Of a stretch of DNA of 64,000 nt, positions 12,720-23,268 are shown piece by piece. Made by a program: the position numbers and the translations under genes. The DNA is from Lama glama (lineage: Eukaryota): assembly GCA_028534125.1 (NCBI GenBank), contig CM052818.1, forward strand, positions 49,726,001 to 49,790,000. The letters run 5' to 3'. The notes under the pieces were generated by a model. That model worked only from the letters and a program-made list of their open reading frames with translations. It was not told the origin of the DNA and searched no databases. Positions within the stretch are counted from its first letter, which is position 1; each line of letters starts with the position of its first letter.

Positions 12720-14198
12720 AGGTTTCTTTTTATTGTGGTCAAATGCACGTAACCTTTACCCTCTTCATCACCTGAGTGTGTGCAGCTCGGTGGCACTGAA
12801 AACGTTCATAATGTCGTGCAACCATCACCACCATCCGTCCTCGTGGTTCCTCCCGCCTGGTGAAGCTGAACCCTCATCCCATTAGCCACAACTCCTCACT
12901 GCCCCAGCCTCACCCCGGCAGCCACCACCCGTCTCTCTGCACGAGTCTGAGGATTCTAAGCATCTTGTGCGAGTGGAATCACAGAGGACTTGCCTTTTTG
13001 TGACTGGCTGATCACCCTCAGCCTAACGTCCTCAAGGCTCCTCCACGTTACAGCACGTGTCAGAATTCTCTTTCTCTTTAAGGCCGAGTAGTGCCTTGTG
13101 GTATGTCTGTACGATATTCTGCTCATCCATTTATCTGTTGATGGACACTTGGGTCACGTCCACATTTTTACTACTGTGGATAATGCTGCTGCGAACATGG
13201 GTGTACAAATATCTCATTTCAGACCTTGCTTTTTAACTCTTGGATATAAACCCAGAAGCAGAAATGCTGGATCAGATGGTAATTCTATTTTTAAATTTTT
13301 GAGGAACTGCCAGACAGTTTTCCAAAGTGGCTGCACCTTTTTACATTCCCACCAACAACTGACGAGGGTTCCAGTTTCTACACATCCTCACCAATGTCAC
13401 CGAGCAGGACCCTATGGGCCTTGCCATGACAGACCCCTCCATGCCCTGTGCCTGCCTCTTCTTTGTAGAAAAACTTTAGCCAAAGAATAAATTTAATCAG
13501 AGAAGTGAGGAGATACCCAGAAGCAAAGGAAAATACCCAAGCAAGACAGCATAATAACCGTTTGGCCATTAAACAAAGTCAAGGACCTTCAGTTCCTCCT
13601 CAAGGGCTGGAGACGATACTCTGAGTCATGTCTTTTGAGCCCCAGCAGGTGGAGGAAGGTAACTAAACGCTGGCCGGACCGTAGCCGCCACACAACTGCT
13701 CCATCTTGTACAACTCTGAGAACGGCCTCAACGAAACGAGAACGAACTCTCCTGGACTTGAAGACTGGCTGCACTAACACAGTCAAGGTGATGCTGATCA
13801 GACCCCGCCGTGACCAACTGCAGGACGACGGTCAGAGCTGAAGGGGCTGTTCTGCACGTAGCCCCCTCCCTCGGCCTGTGCACCCCTGGGGCTCCCCTGT
13901 AAGAGCTCTTGCCTTGTGATTGGGAGGGTGCGCTGGCTTTTAGACATGAGTCCCCCTTCTTCCCAGTTGCCAGCCTCCTGAATAAAGCAACCGTTCTGTT
14001 CTGCCAACACTTGTCTCTCAAGTATTGGCTTCTGAGCAGCGAGCAGCTGGACCTGAGTTTGGTAAACGCCAACACTTGACATTTTCTGGGTCTTTTGATA
14101 GTAGCCATTCTAAAGGGTGGGTGTGCAGCGGCATCTCTTTGTAGTTTTGATCTGCGTTTCCCTGGTGACCAGTGCATCTTTTCATCTGCTAACTGGCC
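12720..14198 (-). mobile_element. Second antisense L1 3' fragment, split by a solo LTR
   Basis: CATCCATTTATCTGTTGATGGACACTTGGG...TTTTTGAGGAACTGCCAGACAGTTTTCCAAAGTGGCTGCACC, typical of an L1M 3' end; resumes at 14073 with CACTTG. Confidence 0.85.
13395..14068 (+). mobile_element. ERV (probably ERV1-class) solo LTR with 4-bp TSD CCAA
   Basis: Starts TGTCACCGAG, has AATAAA at 13981 and ends ...GGTAAACG. CCAA flanks both sides (13391-13394 and 14069-14072), and the host L1 reads CACATCCTCACCAA|CACTTG when rejoined. Confidence 0.8.
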
Positions 14199-15829
14199 TG
14201 TACCCAACTGATTTCTGGCAAAGGAGCAAAAGCCATTCAACGCAAGGAGGATGGTCTTTTCAATAAATGGTGCTGGAGCCACTCAATCCCCAGAGGCAAC
14301 AGGTGAACCTTGTACAAATATTAACTGAAAACAGATCACAGGCTTAAATGTAAAATGCAAAATTGTAAGACTTTTAGAAAAGAACATAGGACAAAATCTT
14401 CAGGATCCAGGGATAGGCAAATAGTTCTTAGATACAGCACCAGGAGTACAATCCAAAGACGAAGCAAAACTGACACACTGGACCTCATCAGAATTAAACC
14501 CTCTGCTCTGTGACACCCTACTAACACGCAAAAACAGGGGGGAATTATTCACAAACTATAGACCTGCCAAAGGTCTTTTATTCAGAATATATAAAGGACA
14601 ATCAAACCGCAACAGTAAAGTAACAAACAACCCTGCTCGAAGACGGGGAGAACGTGAAGAGCTGTTTCAACCACGAGGAGGACGCAGGGACAGAGACTAA
14701 GCATGAAGACGTGGAAAGATGTCCAGTGTCACCGCCCTCCTGGGAAAGGCCAGTTAAACCCACAGGGAGGTGGGTATCACCGCACACCTCTCAGAACGGC
14801 TACAGCTAAAAATGGTGGCAAGGCCAAGTGCTGGCGAGGGTGACAAGAGGCTGGACCCCCCCACACACACCGCTGGTGGGACTGAAATGGTGCAGCCACT
14901 CTGGGAACAGTTGGGCTTTTTCTTAAAACATAAAACTAGCGTACAACCCGGGAGTTTCACTCGTGGGCATTTACCCCGGAACAAGACTCACGCTCACACA
15001 GAAACCGTAACATCCACTGAGGTTTATGGCAGCTGTATCTCCTAACAACCCAGACGTCCTTCAGTGGGCAGCTGGTGAAAGACGCTCTGCTCCTGAAGCC
15101 CAGGGAGGGTGCTCGGCAGTAGGAGAACCAGCGACCGACGCGGCACCAACGGGGGGTCCCCAGGGAGTTCTGCATGGAAGAGCCAATCCCACAAAGCTCC
15201 TTGCTGTCTGATTCCAGTTATAGAATGGAACCGAAATGACCAGACTACCAAATGCACAGACCAGTGGTTGCCAGGGTTGCGGAGGTGGGCGTGGCTGTGG
15301 AAGAGGGACGTGAAGTCCGTGCCCTGCTGGTGACGTGGGCTCTTCTCACAAGACCTGTCCCACTGGGCCCTCTGGTCTAGCGCTCACAGTCGCACGTGAG
15401 CCTACGATTACCTCAGCGTGAAAGGCTTCACTTACAAAAAGCTGCCTTCTTTCTTTTGTTCTGTATTATCTGGCTGCATCTACTGTTACTGCTTCCTCCC
15501 TTGAAAATGCTCTTCTGTAGAAAGACTGGAAGACAGCTCAGTGTTTTCCCTAGCATGGTTATTGGAATTTTTGATCTTTGGCAGCTTTTAAGACATTAAT
15601 TTCAGCTTCCTAACCCCACATGGCTGTCATGCACATCTTCAGGGCTTGGAGGAAGCGCCATCAGATTTCTCATATAAGGTGTTCACGTTCAGGCATTTCA
15701 AGTTTGCTCATTTTGTGCAGACTTTCTGAATTTGACTTTCTGAATTGACCGCCCCACTGTCAAGTCTAACAGATGAGCTCTCGGTACATGGAAATCACAG
15801 TGAACCTCTGAAACCAACAAGTCCAAAAT

Positions 15830-16033
15830 AATGCAATCCCAGCTCAACTTCAGCCTTTCCCCCACTCCCCACCAGGGGGCGTTTGGTGGTATTCTGGGGA
15901 CATGCTTAGCGTGCACCCTGCGGAGGGGGAGGGGCACCGCGTGCTGCTGACCACCCGGCAATGCACAGCACAGTCTCCACCACGAAGACTAACCAAGCTC
16001 CAAATGCCAAGAGTGCCGAGGTGGGAATCCACG
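15830..16033 (+). mobile_element. MER20-like hAT-Charlie DNA transposon fossil
   Basis: TGCTGCTGACCACCCGGCAATGCACAGCACAG...CCAAATGCCAAGAGTGCCGAGGT matches the MER20 3' half as I recall it. Confidence 0.65.
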
Positions 16034-16444
16034 GGCAGATCCCAGAGACGCCCACGGCCACTGGGGCACCCCAGCAGGACTGGATGGCAGTCATGACTGC
16101 ACACCCTTTGCTAAGCCGCACGTAACTGAAACCGGGGTGAAGGCTCAGCGCCCCACTCCGGGTGCTGGCTAGGACCACTGTCACCCCTAACGTAGTCCTC
16201 ACAACCACCCCTCAGGCAAGGCGTCATCTCCGTTTCAGAGCTCGGGAGACAGGGCAGAGAATCAGGTCACCTGCCCAAGATCACAGTCACTGGGGACGTG
16301 CCCAGCAGGAACCCCCGCCACACCCTAGCTGTGCCGCCCAGACCACGTGGAGCAGCAGATGGAAAATGGGACGGGGGGTGTACCCAGCCTTTGTTTTTGA
16401 GTCCTGAAATGTTAAGCACCTTTTATAAAAAGTGCCAATGACCT

Positions 16445-16610
16445 GGGGAGAGGGGATAGCTTGGTGGTAGAGTGAAAGCTTAGCATGCATGAGGTCCTGG
16501 GTTCAATCCCCAGTCCCTCCGTTTAAATAAATAAACCCAATTGCCTCCCCTCCAACCACTGCCCCTCAAAACCAAAAACAAAACGAGACCAAAAAAACAA
16601 ACAAAAATGC
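16445..16610 (+). mobile_element. tRNA-derived camelid SINE
   Basis: GGGGAGAGGGGATAGCTTGGTGGTAGAG...GAGGTCCTGGGTTCAATCCCCAG...AAATAAATAAACCCAATT followed by an A-rich tail. Confidence 0.85.
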
Positions 16611-19600
16611 CAAAGAACAGAAATAAAGTGCCAGTAATCTAAGAATTACTCTCAGGTACAAATGTAAGTGATAATATTATACTAACTTGCCTATTTCAAG
16701 TAGATTATAAATTAGAACGTTTTTAGATTATAAATCACGTTTACACCTGTCTTACAAACAGGTACCAAAAAGCCATCAGAAGCCCTAGGGACCTCCCTCC
16801 AGGCCTTCCCCATCTTCCTTTCTCCCCTTCCCCTCGGCTGCTTCTTGAAAGCACAGAAGTCACGGCCCTGAGAACAGGCTTTTCCTTCACAAACCCTGAA
16901 CTTCAAATGACCTGGCGGCCTCCGGCGGGTCAGCACAGGAGTCTGGCCAGCCTCCCAGTTACTGTTTACACTTCTCAGACCTCGCCGAGAAATCTGGACA
17001 CGAGCCGCGTCAAGCCCTTGTGTCTCCGGACGGAAATTGTCACCGAGGTCACACTGCCCGAGGCTGCACCCCTGGGACAGCTGTCCACGCAGACGTTAAC
17101 CTCGGCCGCATTCCTCCAGAGCCCCCGAGCGCGCAGAGCGACTCCAGCCTCCCTCCCCAGCAGTGCGGGACCCTCGCATCCCGTCCTCTCAGCCTGCTCG
17201 GGACACAGAACTCACGAGGCCCGGAGGCTCTCAGATCTGGAGCACACGGCGCCCCTGGTGACGAGATGGGTTCACCCTTAGAGACACCATGATGTCGCAG
17301 TACCTAGCGACGCTCCGTCACCAGAGGTCAGAGGAGCTAACACGGGGGCTGGCTCTCAACATCGGCTGGAGGCTGACACCCGCGGCAGCCCGCCGGCCCC
17401 GGGAGCTCCGATCTGGAGGCTGGTGGACCCGGCGTTCTCACCGTCCCGCTCCTGGGCTTGCGGCCGCTGGGGCGGACCACTCGGGGAGGCGCCGCCCGGC
17501 CCCCAGCTCGCGCCCACCAGACCGCACGTCCTGCTCCAGCAAGGAACCTGAGGCTCAAAGTCAACGAGGGAAAGGCCTGCGGGGTGTGGCAGGGGTCACA
17601 GGGGTCCCCGGGTCCAGGGCGGGGGGCCCCGCGAGGATGGGAGGAGCAGCAAGGGCAGCTGTGAAAGCAGTAAATCACCCGGGGCCCCGGGGAGGAGCGG
17701 CCCCTCCCAACCCACCCCTCAGACAAGCCTGCGCCACGTGTGGGGTGAACAGGCAAAGGGACGCGTGGAAATGGGCTGTCCACACACACTGCAGCATTTA
17801 GAAGTCGACGTCGCATTGTTCTGTAAGACTGTCATTTTTGTGTCTGCCTCAGCTACTGGGCATCCAGGACCCTGGGCAGAGGGTGCAACTACCACAGGAG
17901 CTGGCCCGGAGCCTCAGACACCCCTTTACAAGCCTCAGTAGCTGAGTCGCGCCCTCATCTTCATCGGGTGCTGCCTCCGCATCACATCCGGGCTGAACCT
18001 GACAGCAAGGACCACAGCTGGAGACCCGCGGGCCAGCTGCGACATCAGCGGTCCACCCACACCGAAGCCATCAACACAAGCCCCAAGGACACCCAGTAAA
18101 AACCGGGAACTGAGGAAGGCGTTTCAGCTACGGCTGTCACGGGTCACGTCCTTTCTGAAATCCATCACAAACACAGCAATCAAACCTCTCCCTTCCCCTA
18201 CGGTCCTTGCGGCCCGGCCACCTCATGGGACCACCTAACTGAAGCCATCATGGATTTGAAGAGCGTATTTCATTCAGCCACCTGCTGTTATCAAAGGCAC
18301 CGAGGCCCAGGGAAGTTAAGGCTCCAGGAGAGCCACACAGCATGAAATGAAAAGAGCAACCAATTGCAAACAGCAGTGAGATTCAGAATTTCCTATTACC
18401 CTCACCCACTTAAGAGCTTCGGACTTGGCTTTTATCTTCTAGCTCTCCTGTTATCTTTGAGATCTTCTCAAGACGTTAATGACCGTTCTCTGTAACCAGT
18501 TCGCTTTCCAAGGACAAGATCATTCACTCAGCAGCAAGTCAGCAAGTTTCACCACGTGCCAGGCACCCTGCGGGCCACACCCCTCCTGACAGGGGCTGGG
18601 GAGGACTGATTCACTGTGACCTGCAGCAGGAGGACGAGGCTACACATTTCACAAATGAGCAAACAGGTCCAGAGCAATGGGTGACCCCTCCAAGGGCACA
18701 GCCCCAGGGCAGGGTGAGTCAGACCACAGGCCCACCTTCCCGAGTCCTAGGTTCGGACCCTCAGCGCAGGCTGAAGCATGACTGGTGGTCGGCACTGCTT
18801 CAAGGCTGTAACTGGATCACCTGGGGTACTCCAGGCTTGCAAAACGCCGCCGGTCAGGACTAAGAAGAGCAGGACAACTCTTCATGGGGCGCGCTGCGCC
18901 CTGTCAGACAGCTCCTCCAGCACCGGCAGGACGCCGAGTAACCGGGGCCGTCTCTAGCACCCGAGACGTCTCTGTTTTCACAGACTGGGACTGTTCTGCA
19001 GTTACACATTTTCATGACCACCAAGTCTAATGCCTATTTTGGAGATCGGACATACATCTCAGTGCCTCGAAGATCTCAGTTCTCCTACTCGGGAAATTTG
19101 CAACTTCAGTTTGTTTCACCGTGACATTGCGCCAAGCAGGAATCAAAGGCCGGACTAGTGTCACTACAAGGGGAAGGATGGACTCTCCATGACAAACGCA
19201 TACACATTCATCCCTGCAGGTGTGAGATCTAACCTTTAAAACATGTTCTGACGATATTAAGATTCTCTGTTGACACCAAACCTACTGAGGTAAACTGTGA
19301 TGTGCTGAGCACACCGGCCCCACTGTGGGCGTGCCATCCCCAGGGTGTGTGGCGACCACAGAACGCACAGAACCCAGCACCACACAAAACAGGAAGTTCA
19401 GGTAAGAACAGCTGTGGTACATGAACATTTTTGCTCCCCAAACACAACTGTTAGGGAAAGTAATGTGATTGACTCGATTTTAAAACCTTGCTTTAGAATT
19501 TTGATACAGCAACTTACAAGCTGTTAATTTAGACACTGATTTTAGTAATTATCAGTCAGAAGATTCTATGATGTCTAGAAGCCGTCCCCAAAACCTGCAG

Positions 19601-20580
19601 TGAAAAAGGCAGGAACACACAAGACAAGGTTATTGTTCACACAGCCGCCTCGCCGCACCCCCGCGGCGCCTGAGCTGGGGACAAGGCCGCCGGGAAGCGT
19701 CTCAGGCTCTAGGACAGAAATGGAAGCATGTCCCTGGCTACACTTCCTATTCAGCAACTGTGCACTTTTGTTGAAGCTCAACCAAAATTTTCCCACCTTT
19801 CCTAGTTTTCTGGCAATCTTTGTTCCTGCGAAGAGATTTGAGAGCTATTGCATATTTAAATTTCTACCAGATGAATTCAAAGTCGACTGAGACTAAGTTT
19901 GAAACGGGCGAGACCACGCTCTTCCCAAGGTTCGCAGTGCGCAGACGTCTCCTGACACACCGCTCGGACCTAAAAGGAAAATGCTTCCCAATGGCCATCT
20001 TAGAACATGCTCTTGGGAGACACAAACTAGTCTTCAAAACCAATGGTTTTCTCAGTTAAAATTTCTTTTCTTGGAAACAAAATTTTTGTTTTAATGTCTA
20101 TCTACTAAGCATACTCCTGATAGCTGCCTGGCATCACAGAAAACTCAACAAATTCAGAGTATTATCTGCAAGAAAAATGCCCAGCGTTCTCAAATGCCTG
20201 TGTGTGCATTTCCCAGACCAACCAGTCAGCTGGGAACAGAGCAAGTTTCAGCGTCACTCCCTACCTCATCCAAGGACTCCACCACTTAATACAACTCAGA
20301 ACTGAGAACTTGTAACTGCAGTATTTTGTAAGACGGAAAAAAACCAAACACCCAGACTGAATGAAAATTTCTGGCCACTTCTTTAGAAATGAGTATCTGT
20401 TGTTTAAGAGATGAAATTCAAAGCAACGAAGTTCACTTTACAGACAAGAATCTCAGACTGCAGGCACCCGCGTCCTGTTCCCCAGCCTGCGCAGGAAACT
20501 GCTGGTAACACGGACGACTGTGTACCCACGACTCTGACATTTTGAAAAACATACCTAAAACAGAGCATTGGGAATACTAT

Positions 20581-20586
20581 TTTATT
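20581..20586 (-). terminator. RPS7: RPS7 polyadenylation signal AATAAA
   Basis: tttatt on the + strand, 13 nt after the stop codon; a very short 3'UTR is typical of ribosomal protein genes. Confidence 0.85.
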
Positions 20587-20599
20587 TAGTCATTTTTGT

Positions 20600-20677
20600 T
20601 TACAACTGAAACTCTGGAAATTCAAAATTAACATCCTTGCCCGTGAGCTTCTTATAGACACCAGAAAATGTTTCAAC
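20600..20677 (-). CDS. RPS7: 40S ribosomal protein S7, last coding exon
   Basis: Encodes VETFSGVYKKLTGKDVNFEFPEFQL followed by a TAA stop. Polypyrimidine tract plus tag acceptor at 20678-20680. Confidence 0.98.
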   Translation of the reverse strand, partial: VETFSGVYKKLTGKDVNFEFPEFQL

Positions 20678-20749
20678 CTACGAGAAAAGAAAGAATTCAT
20701 CACAAAACTTTTCAATACACTTTCGTCTTAAAGCCTAATGATTCCGTGA

Positions 20750-20914
20750 AGCCGCGCCCTGTGGTTTTTCTCCTCAGCAACTAGGCACTGAGGAGGGCTT
20801 CGCGGACATGCCCTCTGCACTCCCAAGTGGATACGCGCTCACCTCCTGTCGTGGGACAGGGCTCTGCACCCGAGGGCCGCACTCCTCCAGGCCCCCGGGG
20901 CTGTCCACATTGGC
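20750..20914 (-). pseudogene. Degenerate U17/SNORA73 (snR30 family) H/ACA snoRNA relic in RPS7 intron 6
   Basis: Collinear U17-like blocks on the sense strand: CCAATGTGGA..CCCGGGGG, GCAGAGCCCTGTCCCACGA, TCCACTTGG, hairpin CTCCTCAG/CTGAGGAG and AAACCAC. The H and ACA boxes and the m1 motif are degenerate. Confidence 0.7.
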
Positions 20915-21087
20915 TCTGCTTTAGCAGGAGTGAAGCAAAGCGACACTTCCCTCCCGACTCTAACACCGGCCCCACCACACGCAGACACTGCCCCACTACC
21001 AGTCACTCCACGGAATGACATGACTTCCATTTCTCCTAATAACCTAAAAGGTAGTGAATTCCAATTTTTAAAACATCTCCCAATTTA

Positions 21088-21417
<330 letters not shown>

Positions 21418-22768
21418 TCAGAAACCTAGCAGGGTCTGACCTCTTGTGAGCCCCCAGGGCACCTCACGGAGCCAAAGGTAAATGGCCAATTCCAGGTTCC
21501 TGAGACCAAACTCACACCAGTTTTCAAATAAACTGCTTGTATTTGATGTATCTTATTAGGGCCATGGCCAGAGCAGACCAGGCTGACAAACACCCTGTTA
21601 CTTTGTTTCAGGGGCCCAGTGTGCTTTACACGTGATGCTTCATCAACTGCACACACACAAGCTGTTATGAGTGATTATCCCCAGGGAGCGCGAGGCTGAC
21701 GAGGACTCGTATCATGTCTGTAGGTTTACTTTCACTTGTAAGATTTCTCCCCTGAATCACTGCAGTGACCGCTCTGCTCCTCTTGCTCACGTGCAAAACA
21801 CCTCCCTCCAATGCTGTCAGGTAACTACTGACATCACAGCACACCCGACCTACCGGGACCCTGTGAGGACTCTCCGTGGCCTCAAAGGTGCGCAGGAACT
21901 CCTCCTGGTTTCCTTACGATCAAGTGATGTTCCATCTCAAAGACAGCAGCGCAGGGACAGTGGCCCCCGTCACACACACCGCGACGGGGCCGTGCTCCTC
22001 TGAGCAGCGCTTCACGCTCACAACCCCTCTGGCTGCCTGACAACAGCTCAGCGATTCCCGAGTTTTAGGGCCCTGGCTCTGTACTACGGGACGTCAGGAA
22101 TGAGTGAAAGGAGAGCGTTCTCACCGTCAACATTTACACAGCTACTTCCTATTTGGGAATCTGTCCAGGACACTAGGTCCCACTCATTCCTACTTCCTGT
22201 CGGCAGCTCCCACACACACAACAGGGGCTCTCAAATGACCGCAAAGGTCTCACTGCTCCACGGGGACAGCAACTCCAGGGACACCCACTTCCCAAAGCAA
22301 ATGAGGCAGACGGCCCACGGGTCAATCACTGCTGACCGGTGACCAAGCCCGAACTCCTGCACACACATGGGAACCTGTTCACTTCTTCCTTCAAAACATA
22401 AACCAGAATGGAACCCAAGCTAGTCTTGGAGTCAGACTCCAACCCTGTCTAAAATCTTAAGGGGGAGCAGTGGGCAGTGCAACCTCAATAATCACACACC
22501 ACAGGGATTGATCTGCTTCGAAGAAAAAACTGAAACACTGTTACAGAGCAAAAGTCAAGAAAACGAGTCTCAGCATGTAATCTGTGCAGAAGAGAACTCC
22601 TGAAGGACAATGAATCAGAAGGCAGGAAACCAGACTGGAAAGGGGGGATCACTCTGGCCTCCCAACCAGGTCCCAGCGCAGGGGAACGAGGCCTCCAGTG
22701 CCCAGACCAGGTCACCAGGAACAGGAGAGGCCACCTCCTGAGAAGCGCGCAGGCACAGGTTCGGGATA

Positions 22769-23268
22769 NNNNNNNNNNNNNNNNNNNNNNNNNNNNNNNN
22801 NNNNNNNNNNNNNNNNNNNNNNNNNNNNNNNNNNNNNNNNNNNNNNNNNNNNNNNNNNNNNNNNNNNNNNNNNNNNNNNNNNNNNNNNNNNNNNNNNNNN
22901 NNNNNNNNNNNNNNNNNNNNNNNNNNNNNNNNNNNNNNNNNNNNNNNNNNNNNNNNNNNNNNNNNNNNNNNNNNNNNNNNNNNNNNNNNNNNNNNNNNNN
23001 NNNNNNNNNNNNNNNNNNNNNNNNNNNNNNNNNNNNNNNNNNNNNNNNNNNNNNNNNNNNNNNNNNNNNNNNNNNNNNNNNNNNNNNNNNNNNNNNNNNN
23101 NNNNNNNNNNNNNNNNNNNNNNNNNNNNNNNNNNNNNNNNNNNNNNNNNNNNNNNNNNNNNNNNNNNNNNNNNNNNNNNNNNNNNNNNNNNNNNNNNNNN
23201 NNNNNNNNNNNNNNNNNNNNNNNNNNNNNNNNNNNNNNNNNNNNNNNNNNNNNNNNNNNNNNNNNNNN
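22769..23268. other. 500-N scaffold join (others at 2421-2920, 38427-38926 and 55682-56181; 100-N gap at 48855-48954)
   Basis: Runs of N with round fixed lengths indicate placeholder gap sizes. Confidence 0.97.

Larger units (their letters stand above)
10560..15330 (+). mobile_element. Old, degenerate LINE-1 (ORF2 to 3'UTR) interrupted by nested insertions
   Basis: L1 ORF2-like blocks at about 10600-11090 (CCAGATGGTTTC..GAATTCTACCAAA..TTAAAGAA), 11990-12718 and 14200-15330 (TTTTCAATAAATGGTGCTGG; AATGGTGCAGCCACTCTGG). Confidence 0.8.

Noticed and set aside
16445..16520. tRNA-like sequences with A/B boxes (five copies in the window)
   Set aside because: They are SINE heads with A-rich tails and degenerate stems, not tRNA genes.
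22600..22768. Possible second U17 relic in RPS7 intron 5 (GGAGGTGGCCTCTCC and CCCTTTCCA on minus)
   Set aside because: Only two short matches with the wrong spacing, no m2 motif or hairpin, and truncated by the gap; not distinguishable from chance without a covariance-model search.
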